Assembly: GCA_947631285.1 (NCBI GenBank)
Contig: CANRKS010000002.1
Coordinates: 1-43,111 of the forward strand
DNA length: 43,111 bases
Source: an uncultured Bacilli bacterium
Lineage (GTDB): Bacteria > Bacillota_I > Bacilli_A > RF39 > UBA660
Reading direction: 5' to 3'
A program made the position numbers and the translations under genes. Of the stretch, positions 25,591 through 33,757 are shown in pieces. The notes beneath the pieces are model-generated. The model was not told where the DNA came from and did no database searches. It was given only the letters and a program-made list of their open reading frames with translations. Every line of letters begins with the position of its first letter. The first letter of the stretch is position 1.

Positions 25591-26274
25591 ATGGATATAA
25601 GTAAAAAAGTTAATAATATTATGAAACAAATCTTTTTGATTTTCCTCTATATTTTTCTAATTCTATTTTTAGAAGTTATCTTTTTTCAATTTATAACAAG
25701 TAAAAATCTTTTATTAGCTAATCTTAGTTATATTTTAATTGAATTAATTGTTTTAACTGTTTATATTTTAATCTTTCGAAAAACACTTATTCCCAATTTT
25801 AGTGATTTTAAAAAGAATTGGCGCAGTTATTTAAAAAAATACTATATTTATTGGTTAGTTGGCTTAGCCATTATGTTAATTAGTAATTTAATTATCAGTA
25901 ATTTTATTGGTATGCCTGTTAATGAAGAAGCTAATAGGTTATTAATAAAAAAATATCCAGCTTATGCTTTATTTTCCACTTTAATATGTGCCCCCATAAC
26001 TGAAGAATTAATGATAAGAGTTCCTCTAAAAAATACTTTTAAAAATCCTTGGATTTATATTATTCTATCTGGTTTATTATTTGGCTCATTACATGTTATC
26101 AACGTAATTGAAAGTGGTGATTTATTAGAGTTATTATACATTATTCCTTATGGAGCTTTAGGAAGTTCTTTTGCTAAAATGTATTATGACTCTGACAATG
26201 TTTGGATAAATATCAGTTTTCATTTTATTCATAATTTAATTGCGGTAAGTATGATCTTCCTAGGAGGTGCTTGA
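25591..26274 (+). CDS. CPBP-family intramembrane glutamic endopeptidase (CAAX protease-like)
   Basis: Motifs EELMIRVP (EExxxR), FGSLH, HFIHN in a polytopic membrane protein. ATG 25591 has GGGTG 6 nt upstream; the ORF-track ATG at 25564 has no SD. Confidence 0.75.
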   Translation: MDISKKVNNIMKQIFLIFLYIFLILFLEVIFFQFITSKNLLLANLSYILIELIVLTVYILIFRKTLIPNFSDFKKNWRSYLKKYYIYWLVGLAIMLISNLIISNFIGMPVNEEANRLLIKKYPAYALFSTLICAPITEELMIRVPLKNTFKNPWIYIILSGLLFGSLHVINVIESGDLLELLYIIPYGALGSSFAKMYYDSDNVWINISFHFIHNLIAVSMIFLGGA

Positions 26275-27083
26275 TGAAAAAAGGATTGGCTATTATAATA
26301 CTAGCTCTTGTTTTACTATTTTTATATGGTCGTTATATTGAAGTTAATCACTTTAAAACTCATGAATATATTATTGAAAATGAAAATATCCCTACTTCTT
26401 TTGAAGACCTTAAATTAGTTCAATTTTCTGATTTATTATATGAACCAAAAACTAGTGAAAAAATTTTAAAAAAAGTAACTAATAAAATCAACGATTTGGA
26501 AGCTGATATAATTATTTTTAGTGGCGATTTATTTAAAAAAAATGTTAAATATACGGAAGAAGACTATACTAAGATAAAAAAATATTTTGAAGAAATGCAA
26601 GCTAGTCTCTATAAATTAGCCGTTATTGGAGATAATGATGAGAGTAATATTCAAGAATATAAAGATATTTTATATGAATCAGGTTTTAATCTTTTAGATA
26701 ATCAAAATATGCTTTTATTTTATAAAGATGAAACACCAATTAATGTGATAGGTATTACTAACTTACAGGCTGATTTTAATACTTTACTTACCACAGATGT
26801 CACTTACAATTATGCTTTAGCAATTAGTCATCAACCTGATAATTTTGATGAACTAAGAAGGCAAAATATCGATACAGTCATCGCGGGTCATTCTCTAGGT
26901 GGTCTTGCCAATATTCCTTTTTATGGAGGTTTAATTAAAAAAGATGGAGCTCAAAAATATAATAATTATTATTATAAAGATGGCAATAGCGAATTATATA
27001 TTTCTAATGGACTTGGTTACGAAGAGTTTAACTTTAGACTTTTTAATACTCCATCTATTAATATTTATCGTTTTAGCAAATAA
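26274..27083 (+). CDS. membrane-anchored metallophosphoesterase-fold protein with degenerate metal-binding motifs
   Basis: YkuE-like layout: N-terminal TM, FSDLLY, SGDLFK, IGDNDE, SHQPD, AGHSLGG. Several canonical His/Asn/Asp ligands are replaced. ATG overlaps the upstream TGA (TGATG). GGAGGT SD. Confidence 0.6.
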   Translation: MKKGLAIIILALVLLFLYGRYIEVNHFKTHEYIIENENIPTSFEDLKLVQFSDLLYEPKTSEKILKKVTNKINDLEADIIIFSGDLFKKNVKYTEEDYTKIKKYFEEMQASLYKLAVIGDNDESNIQEYKDILYESGFNLLDNQNMLLFYKDETPINVIGITNLQADFNTLLTTDVTYNYALAISHQPDNFDELRRQNIDTVIAGHSLGGLANIPFYGGLIKKDGAQKYNNYYYKDGNSELYISNGLGYEEFNFRLFNTPSINIYRFSK

Positions 27084-27100
27084 TTTTATTTGCTTTTTTT
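27075..27100 (+). terminator. rho-independent terminator
   Basis: AGCAAAT (27075-27081), loop AATTTT, ATTTGCT (27088-27094), T6. Overlaps the stop codon. Confidence 0.5.
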
Positions 27101-27138
27101 ATGGCTATCATTTAAAATAATTACTCCTAGGTGATAAT

Positions 27139-27975
27139 ATGCAAATAAAAGATAAGCAAAATATTAGGCATTTAAAAGATTGTAATGCAATGCCAATTTG
27201 TCCTGATAAACAAATATCTTGGCCTTTAATTTACAAGGCTTACCATAGTATGTTTTATGAAATTAATGGGGAAGCTTGGATTATCAAAAATAAAGGTGAA
27301 GAATATTCTTTAAATGAACTTTTAGGAGAAACCATCTCGAAATATTTTGACCTTCCTACTGTAGCAAATAAACTTATTTATCAAGATGATTCTTCAATTG
27401 GCGTTATGTCTCAAGTATTTTATAAAGATGGCTATACTTATTTTCATATTGATTCTTTTCCAGCTGTTGAGATAAGATATTATCATCATAACTTAGATAA
27501 TTTAGATAACTCGCACTTTGACCATTTATATGATGCAATGGAAGATGAATATTTTAATCTTTCAGAAGAAAATATGATGGCTATTCAAAATAGTTTAAAA
27601 AGAATGGTTATTAGAGATTATTTTTCGGATCAACAAGATCGCAATATTGAAAATTTTATGTTTTCTTTTCATCAAGATAAAGTATCATTGGCGCCTTTAT
27701 ATGATCATGAATATTCTTTTGGCGATTATCCTTATGGTAGTTCCTTTTTCAATTTAAAATTGTATGATCCAAGAGTAAGACAAATAATTAAAAATGATGA
27801 TTATCTTAAACAATTAATTACCAAAGGAATGGCTTTAAATGCTCAACAATTTATTGAACAAGTTGAAGATGAACATCAAATTATTTTAGAACTAACAGAA
27901 AGAGAGAGAGTAGCTAAAACTTTAACTCGGCAAAAGCATAAAATAAATAGTTATCGTCAAGATTTAGGAATATAA
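27139..27975 (+). CDS. HipA-like / PI3-4-kinase-fold protein (putative Ser/Thr kinase)
   Basis: RDYFSDQQDRNIENFMFSF...VSLAPLYDHEYSF resembles the HipA_C catalytic loop (D-x-H/R-x-x-N-f) and the downstream LAPxYD Mg-binding motif. AGGTGA SD. Confidence 0.4.
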   Translation: MQIKDKQNIRHLKDCNAMPICPDKQISWPLIYKAYHSMFYEINGEAWIIKNKGEEYSLNELLGETISKYFDLPTVANKLIYQDDSSIGVMSQVFYKDGYTYFHIDSFPAVEIRYYHHNLDNLDNSHFDHLYDAMEDEYFNLSEENMMAIQNSLKRMVIRDYFSDQQDRNIENFMFSFHQDKVSLAPLYDHEYSFGDYPYGSSFFNLKLYDPRVRQIIKNDDYLKQLITKGMALNAQQFIEQVEDEHQIILELTERERVAKTLTRQKHKINSYRQDLGI

Positions 27976-28003
27976 AAAAATACGCTCAAACGCGTACTTT
28001 TTT
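27974..28003. terminator. bidirectional terminator
   Basis: A7, TACGC (27981-27985), loop TCAAAC, GCGTA (27992-27996), C, T6. Confidence 0.5.
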
Positions 28004-31000
28004 AAATCATTTTTCGATAATATTCATATCTTTTAATCGCATTTTCTTTTTGGCTATTCAATAGTTCTTCAGCTAATTTTTCATCTTTTATTTTTAAAGA
28101 TTTAAATCTTACTTCATTATCCAAAAATTCATGATAACGACTAAAATCCGGTTCTTTACTATCTAAATATAATTTTTCTTCTTTTGGATTATAACGCATT
28201 AACAACTGATAACCAACATCGACTGCCAGTTTTTCTTCCGAAATAGAACAAGACATACCATCTTTAATGCCATGTTCAACACATGGAGAGTAAGCAATTA
28301 TAATGGCCGGACCATTATGATCCATCGCCTCTTTAAATACTTTGATAGTATGCACTATATTAGCTCCTAAAGAGATACTTGCAACATAACAATTTGGATA
28401 ACTCATTGCTATTCTAAATAAATCTTTTTTATAAGTCTTTTTACCGAAATCAGCAAATTCAGCAACAGCCCCCATTTTACTACTTTTACTAGCTTGACCA
28501 CCAGTATTAGAGTAAACTTCGGTATCTAAAACTAAACATTTGATATTTTCATTTTGACTCATAACATGATCTAAACCACCAAAACCAATATCATATGCCC
28601 ATCCATCACCACCAAAAGCCCAAACTACTCGGTAAGGAATATATTCTTCTAATTTTCTTAAGTCTTCGGGAATTTTTTCATCTTTTAATTTTAAGAAAAC
28701 TTCTTTCGTAATTTTAGCATCATTCATATTATTAAGCCATAAAAGAAACAATTCTTTAACTTTTGGCGTAACGGCATCTTGACAGATTTCCATAATCTCT
28801 TTAATTCTATTTCTTTTATTTTGATAAGTTAGATGCATTCCTAAAGCAAATTCCGCATTATCTTCAAATAAAGAATTAGCCCAAGGGATGCTGTAAGGAG
28901 TTGATGGTGCACTTCCTCCATAAATAGAAGAACAACCAGTTGCATTAGCAATAACTAATTCACTACCAAATAACTGAGTAAGAAGTTTTATATATGGAGT
29001 CTCTCCACAGCCAGCACAAGCTCCATTAAATTTAAAATGATTCTTTTGGAGTGATGCTCCCTTTAAATTAAATTTATCTAAAACATTAGGATTTTCATAT
29101 TCTTCAAAATATTTAGCTGCAATTTTTCTATTTTCTTCATCTCCTTTTCCAAAAGATAAAGCCTTCGTTGGACAATTATTAATACATAGACCGCAGCCAG
29201 TACAATCTTTTTCACTAATAGCCAAGTAAAAATTATAATCTTTAACGCCAACGGCTTCTTTACCAATTTTTTCTTTTAATAATAATGGTCTTATAACTCC
29301 ATGAGGACATACAATATTACATTTTCCACATTGAATACATTTTTCTATATCCCAAACCGGTACTTCATAAGAAATACCTCTTTTTTCTTTTTGACTTAAA
29401 TCCCAAGGAAAAGCTCCATATCTAAAAGGAATAAGCTCACTTACTTTTAAACTGTTTCCTTTTAAATGATTTATTTTAGCAAATATATTTTCTTCTTCTT
29501 CCTCTTTTTCTTCTTCTAAAGTAAGATTAGTTAATTCTTTTAAATCATCTAAAGAATCTTTTAAAGCTTTTAAATTGTTATTTACAACATCTTCTCCTTT
29601 AGTCATAAATGCTTTTTTAATTAATTCACAAACTTTATCATAACCTTCTTTAATATTTAAAAGATTTAAAATAATAACTTCCATTATCTTATTAATCTTA
29701 CCTTTTATATTGTTATCAATAGTAATTTTAGTTGCATCAATATAATAAACTTTAAGTCTCTTAGTTAAAACAATATCCTTTATTTTATTAGGTAAAAAAG
29801 CATTTAATTCTGAAGCATTTTTACTCGTATTAATTAAAAGAATACCTTCTTCTTTAATATTATCTAAAATATCTAATTTTTTAAAATATTCTTCTTTTGT
29901 TACAACCACTATTTCTGGATTAGTCACATAGTAAGGGGCATTAATAGCATCATTTCCCCAACGTAAATGAGAAATAGTAATTCCACCACTTTTTTTAGAA
30001 TCATATTCAAAATAGCCTTGAACATAATAATCATTTAAAGATATAATTTTTAATAATTCTTTACTAGCACTAACCATTCCATCAGAACCAAATCCAAATA
30101 TTTTAGCTTCTTTAAATGGTAATGATAGACTATAATCATAAACTGGTAATGATAAATTAGTAACATCATCATTTATACCAATAGTAAAATTATTTTTTAA
30201 ATTTTCCTCTAGCATTTTAAAAACACTATAAATATCTTTAGGAGTGGTGTTTTTACTTGAAAGTCCATATCTACCTCCCACAATATTAATCTTTTTAGAA
30301 TTTAGGGCACTTACGACATCTAAGTATAATGGTTCTCCCATTCCTCCAATTGATTTACTACGATCTAATACAGCTATATTTTCAACTGTTTCAGGTAAAA
30401 CGTCTAAAAGATATTTACTACTAAAAGGTCTATATAAATGAACATTAATTAATCCGACTGATTTTCCTTTTTTATTTAAATCATCCACGACTAATTTAAT
30501 TGTATCTGTAATGCTTCCCATCGCTACAATAATATTTTTGGCATCTTTTACTCCATAATAATTAAATGGCTTATAGTCTGTATGCATAATCTTATTAATG
30601 GCTTTCATATTGTCATAGACAATATCGCTCATTTTATTATAAAGTTCATTTCGGGCTTCAACGGATTGAAAATAAATATCCTCATTTTCGGCCATACCAT
30701 ATTGCATACCACAATCAACATTTAAACTTCTTTTCTTAAATTCTTCTATTTTATCCCAAGGAATTAATTTTAATAATTCCTCTACTGGTATTTCTTCAAT
30801 TGTATTTAATTCATGACTAGTTCTAAAACCATCAAAAAAATGAACAAAAGGAAGGCTTCCTTTTATGGCTGAAAGATGTGCCACCGCGGCTAAGTTTTGA
30901 GCATCAAAAACATTAGATGATGATAACATGCAAAATCCTGTATCTCTTGTAGCATAAATATCCGAATGATCACCAAAAATAGATAAAGCATGTGTTGCCA

Positions 31001-31337
31001 CAGTTCTGCTTGCAACATGAATAACTCCTGGTAAACATTCTCCTGCAATCTTATACATATTAGGAATCATTAATAAAAGTCCTTGACTAGCCGTAAAGGT
31101 CGAAGCCAGTGATCCAGTAAGTAAAGCACCATGTAGTGTTCCTGCTGCCCCTGCTTCACTTTGCATTTCAATTACTTTAGGTTTGCTATTATATAAATTA
31201 GTTAAATCACTATGTGTTAAATAATCAATATTGGATGCCATTGGACTAGAAGGCGTAATAGGATAAATACTACATATCTCACTAAAAAGATAAGCAACTC
31301 TACTACATGCAGCATTACCATCTACTTGTTTTTTCAT
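28002..31337 (-). CDS. nifJ: pyruvate:ferredoxin (flavodoxin) oxidoreductase, single-chain
   Basis: N-terminus VDGNAACSRVAYLFSEICSIYPITPSSPM. Two 4Fe-4S motifs, CIQCGKCNIVCP and CTGCGLCINNCP. TPP-domain GGDGWAYDIGFGGLDH. 1111 aa. Confidence 0.9.
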   Translation of the reverse strand: MKKQVDGNAACSRVAYLFSEICSIYPITPSSPMASNIDYLTHSDLTNLYNSKPKVIEMQSEAGAAGTLHGALLTGSLASTFTASQGLLLMIPNMYKIAGECLPGVIHVASRTVATHALSIFGDHSDIYATRDTGFCMLSSSNVFDAQNLAAVAHLSAIKGSLPFVHFFDGFRTSHELNTIEEIPVEELLKLIPWDKIEEFKKRSLNVDCGMQYGMAENEDIYFQSVEARNELYNKMSDIVYDNMKAINKIMHTDYKPFNYYGVKDAKNIIVAMGSITDTIKLVVDDLNKKGKSVGLINVHLYRPFSSKYLLDVLPETVENIAVLDRSKSIGGMGEPLYLDVVSALNSKKINIVGGRYGLSSKNTTPKDIYSVFKMLEENLKNNFTIGINDDVTNLSLPVYDYSLSLPFKEAKIFGFGSDGMVSASKELLKIISLNDYYVQGYFEYDSKKSGGITISHLRWGNDAINAPYYVTNPEIVVVTKEEYFKKLDILDNIKEEGILLINTSKNASELNAFLPNKIKDIVLTKRLKVYYIDATKITIDNNIKGKINKIMEVIILNLLNIKEGYDKVCELIKKAFMTKGEDVVNNNLKALKDSLDDLKELTNLTLEEEKEEEEENIFAKINHLKGNSLKVSELIPFRYGAFPWDLSQKEKRGISYEVPVWDIEKCIQCGKCNIVCPHGVIRPLLLKEKIGKEAVGVKDYNFYLAISEKDCTGCGLCINNCPTKALSFGKGDEENRKIAAKYFEEYENPNVLDKFNLKGASLQKNHFKFNGACAGCGETPYIKLLTQLFGSELVIANATGCSSIYGGSAPSTPYSIPWANSLFEDNAEFALGMHLTYQNKRNRIKEIMEICQDAVTPKVKELFLLWLNNMNDAKITKEVFLKLKDEKIPEDLRKLEEYIPYRVVWAFGGDGWAYDIGFGGLDHVMSQNENIKCLVLDTEVYSNTGGQASKSSKMGAVAEFADFGKKTYKKDLFRIAMSYPNCYVASISLGANIVHTIKVFKEAMDHNGPAIIIAYSPCVEHGIKDGMSCSISEEKLAVDVGYQLLMRYNPKEEKLYLDSKEPDFSRYHEFLDNEVRFKSLKIKDEKLAEELLNSQKENAIKRYEYYRKMI

Positions 31338-31415
31338 TTAAATCACCTAATTAAATTATAGAATAATTTAAGCTTTTTTACTAGTTTAAAATATACATCA
31401 TATTTACTTTCATTT

Positions 31416-32723
31416 CTAATCAGGGATATTAGCAATTATATAAGGTCTATCATAAGTTCCATCACCAGCTAATCTAATATCTAAATTAATATAAAATATA
31501 GGGCGAACAACCCATTCCTTAGTGTAAGCCTCTGGTTCAAAAGTTGAAGAACCACTATAAGTTGTCCAAGCTCCAGATTGATAACCGTAAAAATTTCCAC
31601 GATGACTCATAGTCCATGCCCGATCACTTGTCGGTTGCTTTAACAAACTGCTATCTAAATTTTTTGATGTATTTGGTTTTCGATTTAAACCATAAGTTGT
31701 CTCAAGCCAACAACTACCTATCGACTCTAAAACCATATCCTGATCTTTAACACAAGCAAATAGAACATCACTTAAATACATTAAGCCAATTGGCTTTTCA
31801 CCAACTTCTTTAACTGATCTTTCATTTATATATGAATCATTATACTGAAAGGCGTAACCATTTTGCAATCCAACATACCAGATGGGATTTTTTACTATTA
31901 AACTTGTCCAAGCAGAGTTCTTCATATAATCATAATACGGATTTCCAACAAAATAGCTATCGGTAGAATCCTCACTATTTAGAAATTTATAAATATCTGA
32001 TTGAGTAAATGTTACCGTCGTTTCATCTGTATTATGCCACTTAAATTTATCCTGATCACCTTTAATTATTTTAGTGGCTTTTAAAAGCTTTAATTGTCTA
32101 TTTGTTTCATCAAAACCTAAAATTCGATACATATATTTATCCGTACTTTCTAAACATTCATTTTGCTCATCAGTTCCAAAACAAATAAAATTATCAGTAA
32201 CCTCTTGATACGTACCATTAAATCTTCTCAAGGTATCTACAACATCTTCAAAATCGTCATTAGCTCCATAATATAATATCCATTTATTTCTCATATCCAT
32301 ATCAGCTGTTGTCTCTAAAGAACCATTCTCTGTTCCTGAATTTTTTATTATCATATCCACTGCTTCTAGAGTACTATCAAAATATAAGTAACAATAAAGA
32401 GAAGTTTTAGTTTTTATTTTAGCTGTATAAGTATCCTCATTAAAATCTAATACTTCTCTAGCATCAACTAATTTTCCTTGCCCATTGTAACATTCAGCTT
32501 TATAGTAAGCATATGCACCGACATCTGGCCATTCATTGCTTACTGTTTCCGTATATCCACCAGTTCCATCTCCTAACATATAAGCAAGCATTTTAGGTTT
32601 TTCTTTACTTTCATACTTTACTTTTTCTACTTTATTAGTTAAGATCCCTATTGGGTTTAATATATAGGCGCTTTCTAGTATTGTTAAAATTATTAAAATA
32701 ATTATTACTATTTTCTTTTTCAT
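31416..32723 (-). CDS. secreted/anchored protein (S2): N-terminal two-Cys module plus large C-terminal domain ending VRPIFYINL...GDGTYDRPY
   Basis: N-terminal hydrophobic signal/anchor. It shares a module of about 70 aa with the upstream gene product. GAGGAAGG SD lies inside the end of the upstream gene. Confidence 0.55.
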   Translation of the reverse strand: MKKKIVIIILIILTILESAYILNPIGILTNKVEKVKYESKEKPKMLAYMLGDGTGGYTETVSNEWPDVGAYAYYKAECYNGQGKLVDAREVLDFNEDTYTAKIKTKTSLYCYLYFDSTLEAVDMIIKNSGTENGSLETTADMDMRNKWILYYGANDDFEDVVDTLRRFNGTYQEVTDNFICFGTDEQNECLESTDKYMYRILGFDETNRQLKLLKATKIIKGDQDKFKWHNTDETTVTFTQSDIYKFLNSEDSTDSYFVGNPYYDYMKNSAWTSLIVKNPIWYVGLQNGYAFQYNDSYINERSVKEVGEKPIGLMYLSDVLFACVKDQDMVLESIGSCWLETTYGLNRKPNTSKNLDSSLLKQPTSDRAWTMSHRGNFYGYQSGAWTTYSGSSTFEPEAYTKEWVVRPIFYINLDIRLAGDGTYDRPYIIANIPD

Positions 32724-32725
32724 TT

Positions 32726-33400
32726 TTAACCTTCCTCAATCTTTTTATTAAAATAAGCATAACAAGTATTTGGCTTTGTTGTTGTATATTCAAATAATCC
32801 CGATGATTCATTATATGTTATACTAGTTGCTTCTTCATTTGTACAAATTGTTTTATCATAATCATAACCAGTATTAGGAACATCATTAGAATATAAATAC
32901 ATTTTGTCATTATATGATATAGTTCCATAATCAGGATCTTCCAGCAATATGTAAATTACTAAATCTGAATTTTGATTTATATCATAATAAACTTCGCAAA
33001 TTATTTGGCCATAAGTTTCTTCTTGGCCAACAATTGTAATTACTTCATTATCAGCATTAAAAGTTGAAAACTGGGCTCCAGAAGGATTACATTTTGATTT
33101 TTTACTATTATATTGATAGCCAAATGCTGGAATATAATCTGCTTGATTATATTTCTTTTGATCGTATTGATCTTGTAAAAAAATTAAAACATTAATGTCA
33201 GCATTTTTAACTTTAACAGGTGGAGTTGCCTTTGAAAAACCACCAATTGTTGAACTAATAATAGAAATCTCATTATTAGATGAATAATAAGCATAAGAAT
33301 TTTTGATAAGAAATTTTATGAGAAACAAAATAGATACTATTAAAAAAATAGTAATTATCATAAAATAGCTTTTATTTTTTGCAATTTGTTTAAATTTCAT
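32726..33400 (-). CDS. secreted protein (S1) made of two tandem two-Cys modules; TasA/camelysin-like signal-peptide motif
   Basis: Signal/anchor IITIFLIVSILFLIKFLIK, followed by NSYAYYSSNNE, which is reminiscent of the AYF(S/T)D motif of SipW-type substrates. Internal duplication (see findings). Confidence 0.55.
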   Translation of the reverse strand: MKFKQIAKNKSYFMIITIFLIVSILFLIKFLIKNSYAYYSSNNEISIISSTIGGFSKATPPVKVKNADINVLIFLQDQYDQKKYNQADYIPAFGYQYNSKKSKCNPSGAQFSTFNADNEVITIVGQEETYGQIICEVYYDINQNSDLVIYILLEDPDYGTISYNDKMYLYSNDVPNTGYDYDKTICTNEEATSITYNESSGLFEYTTTKPNTCYAYFNKKIEEG

Positions 33401-33415
33401 ATTAGGCCTCTAATA

Positions 33416-33485
33416 TTAAATACGGCACATCTGTCGTATTTTAAATATATCAAAAAAGGACGCTTATGTCAATAAAAATACGTCC
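33416..33485. promoter_or_regulatory. operator-like motifs in the divergent XRE / S1-S2 control region
   Basis: Three copies of AATACGNC: 33419-33426 (+), 33433-33440 (-) and 33477-33484 (+). The first two form an inverted repeat, AAATACG-N10-CGTATTT, overlapping the likely -10 region of the minus-strand operon. Confidence 0.35.
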
Positions 33486-33539
33486 ATGTAGCCGTGTAAA
33501 AGAAATAATAAATATGACATAATTGCCGTAGGTGATAAC

Positions 33540-33728
33540 ATGTTTAAAGAATATCGAAAAGCAAAGAAATTAACCCAAGAACAATTGGCGGAACTTTCTG
33601 AACTCGATACTAGAACCATTCAAAGAATTGAAAATAATGAAAGAGAGCCTTCCATTGAATCTTTTAAAAAATTAATTAAAGCTTTAAATATAAAAGATAA
33701 AGATATCTTAGAATACTTAAAAAAATAA
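33540..33728 (+). CDS. XRE-family helix-turn-helix transcriptional regulator (62 aa)
   Basis: KKLTQEQLAELSELDTRTIQRIENNEREPSIES is a classic Cro/C1-type HTH. AGGTGA SD. Extended -10 TGaCATAAT at 33515-33523. Confidence 0.85.
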   Translation: MFKEYRKAKKLTQEQLAELSELDTRTIQRIENNEREPSIESFKKLIKALNIKDKDILEYLKK

Positions 33729-33757
33729 AGTTCCGATTTGGGAACTTTTATTTTTTT
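33727..33757. terminator. bidirectional terminator (XRE gene / eno)
   Basis: AAAGTTCC (33727-33734), loop GATTTG, GGAACTTT (33741-33748), then TA-T7. Confidence 0.6.

Noticed and set aside
29078-30441. 62-aa and 65-aa ORFs inside the PFOR gene
   Set aside because: One is off-frame and one is antisense within a 1111-aa conserved ORF, and neither has translation signals.
33466-33522. 18-codon mini-ORF (MSIKIRPCSRVKEIINMT) with an AGGA upstream, in the XRE/S1 spacer
   Set aside because: It overlaps the predicted XRE promoter elements, is too short, and has no supporting features. It is likely chance.
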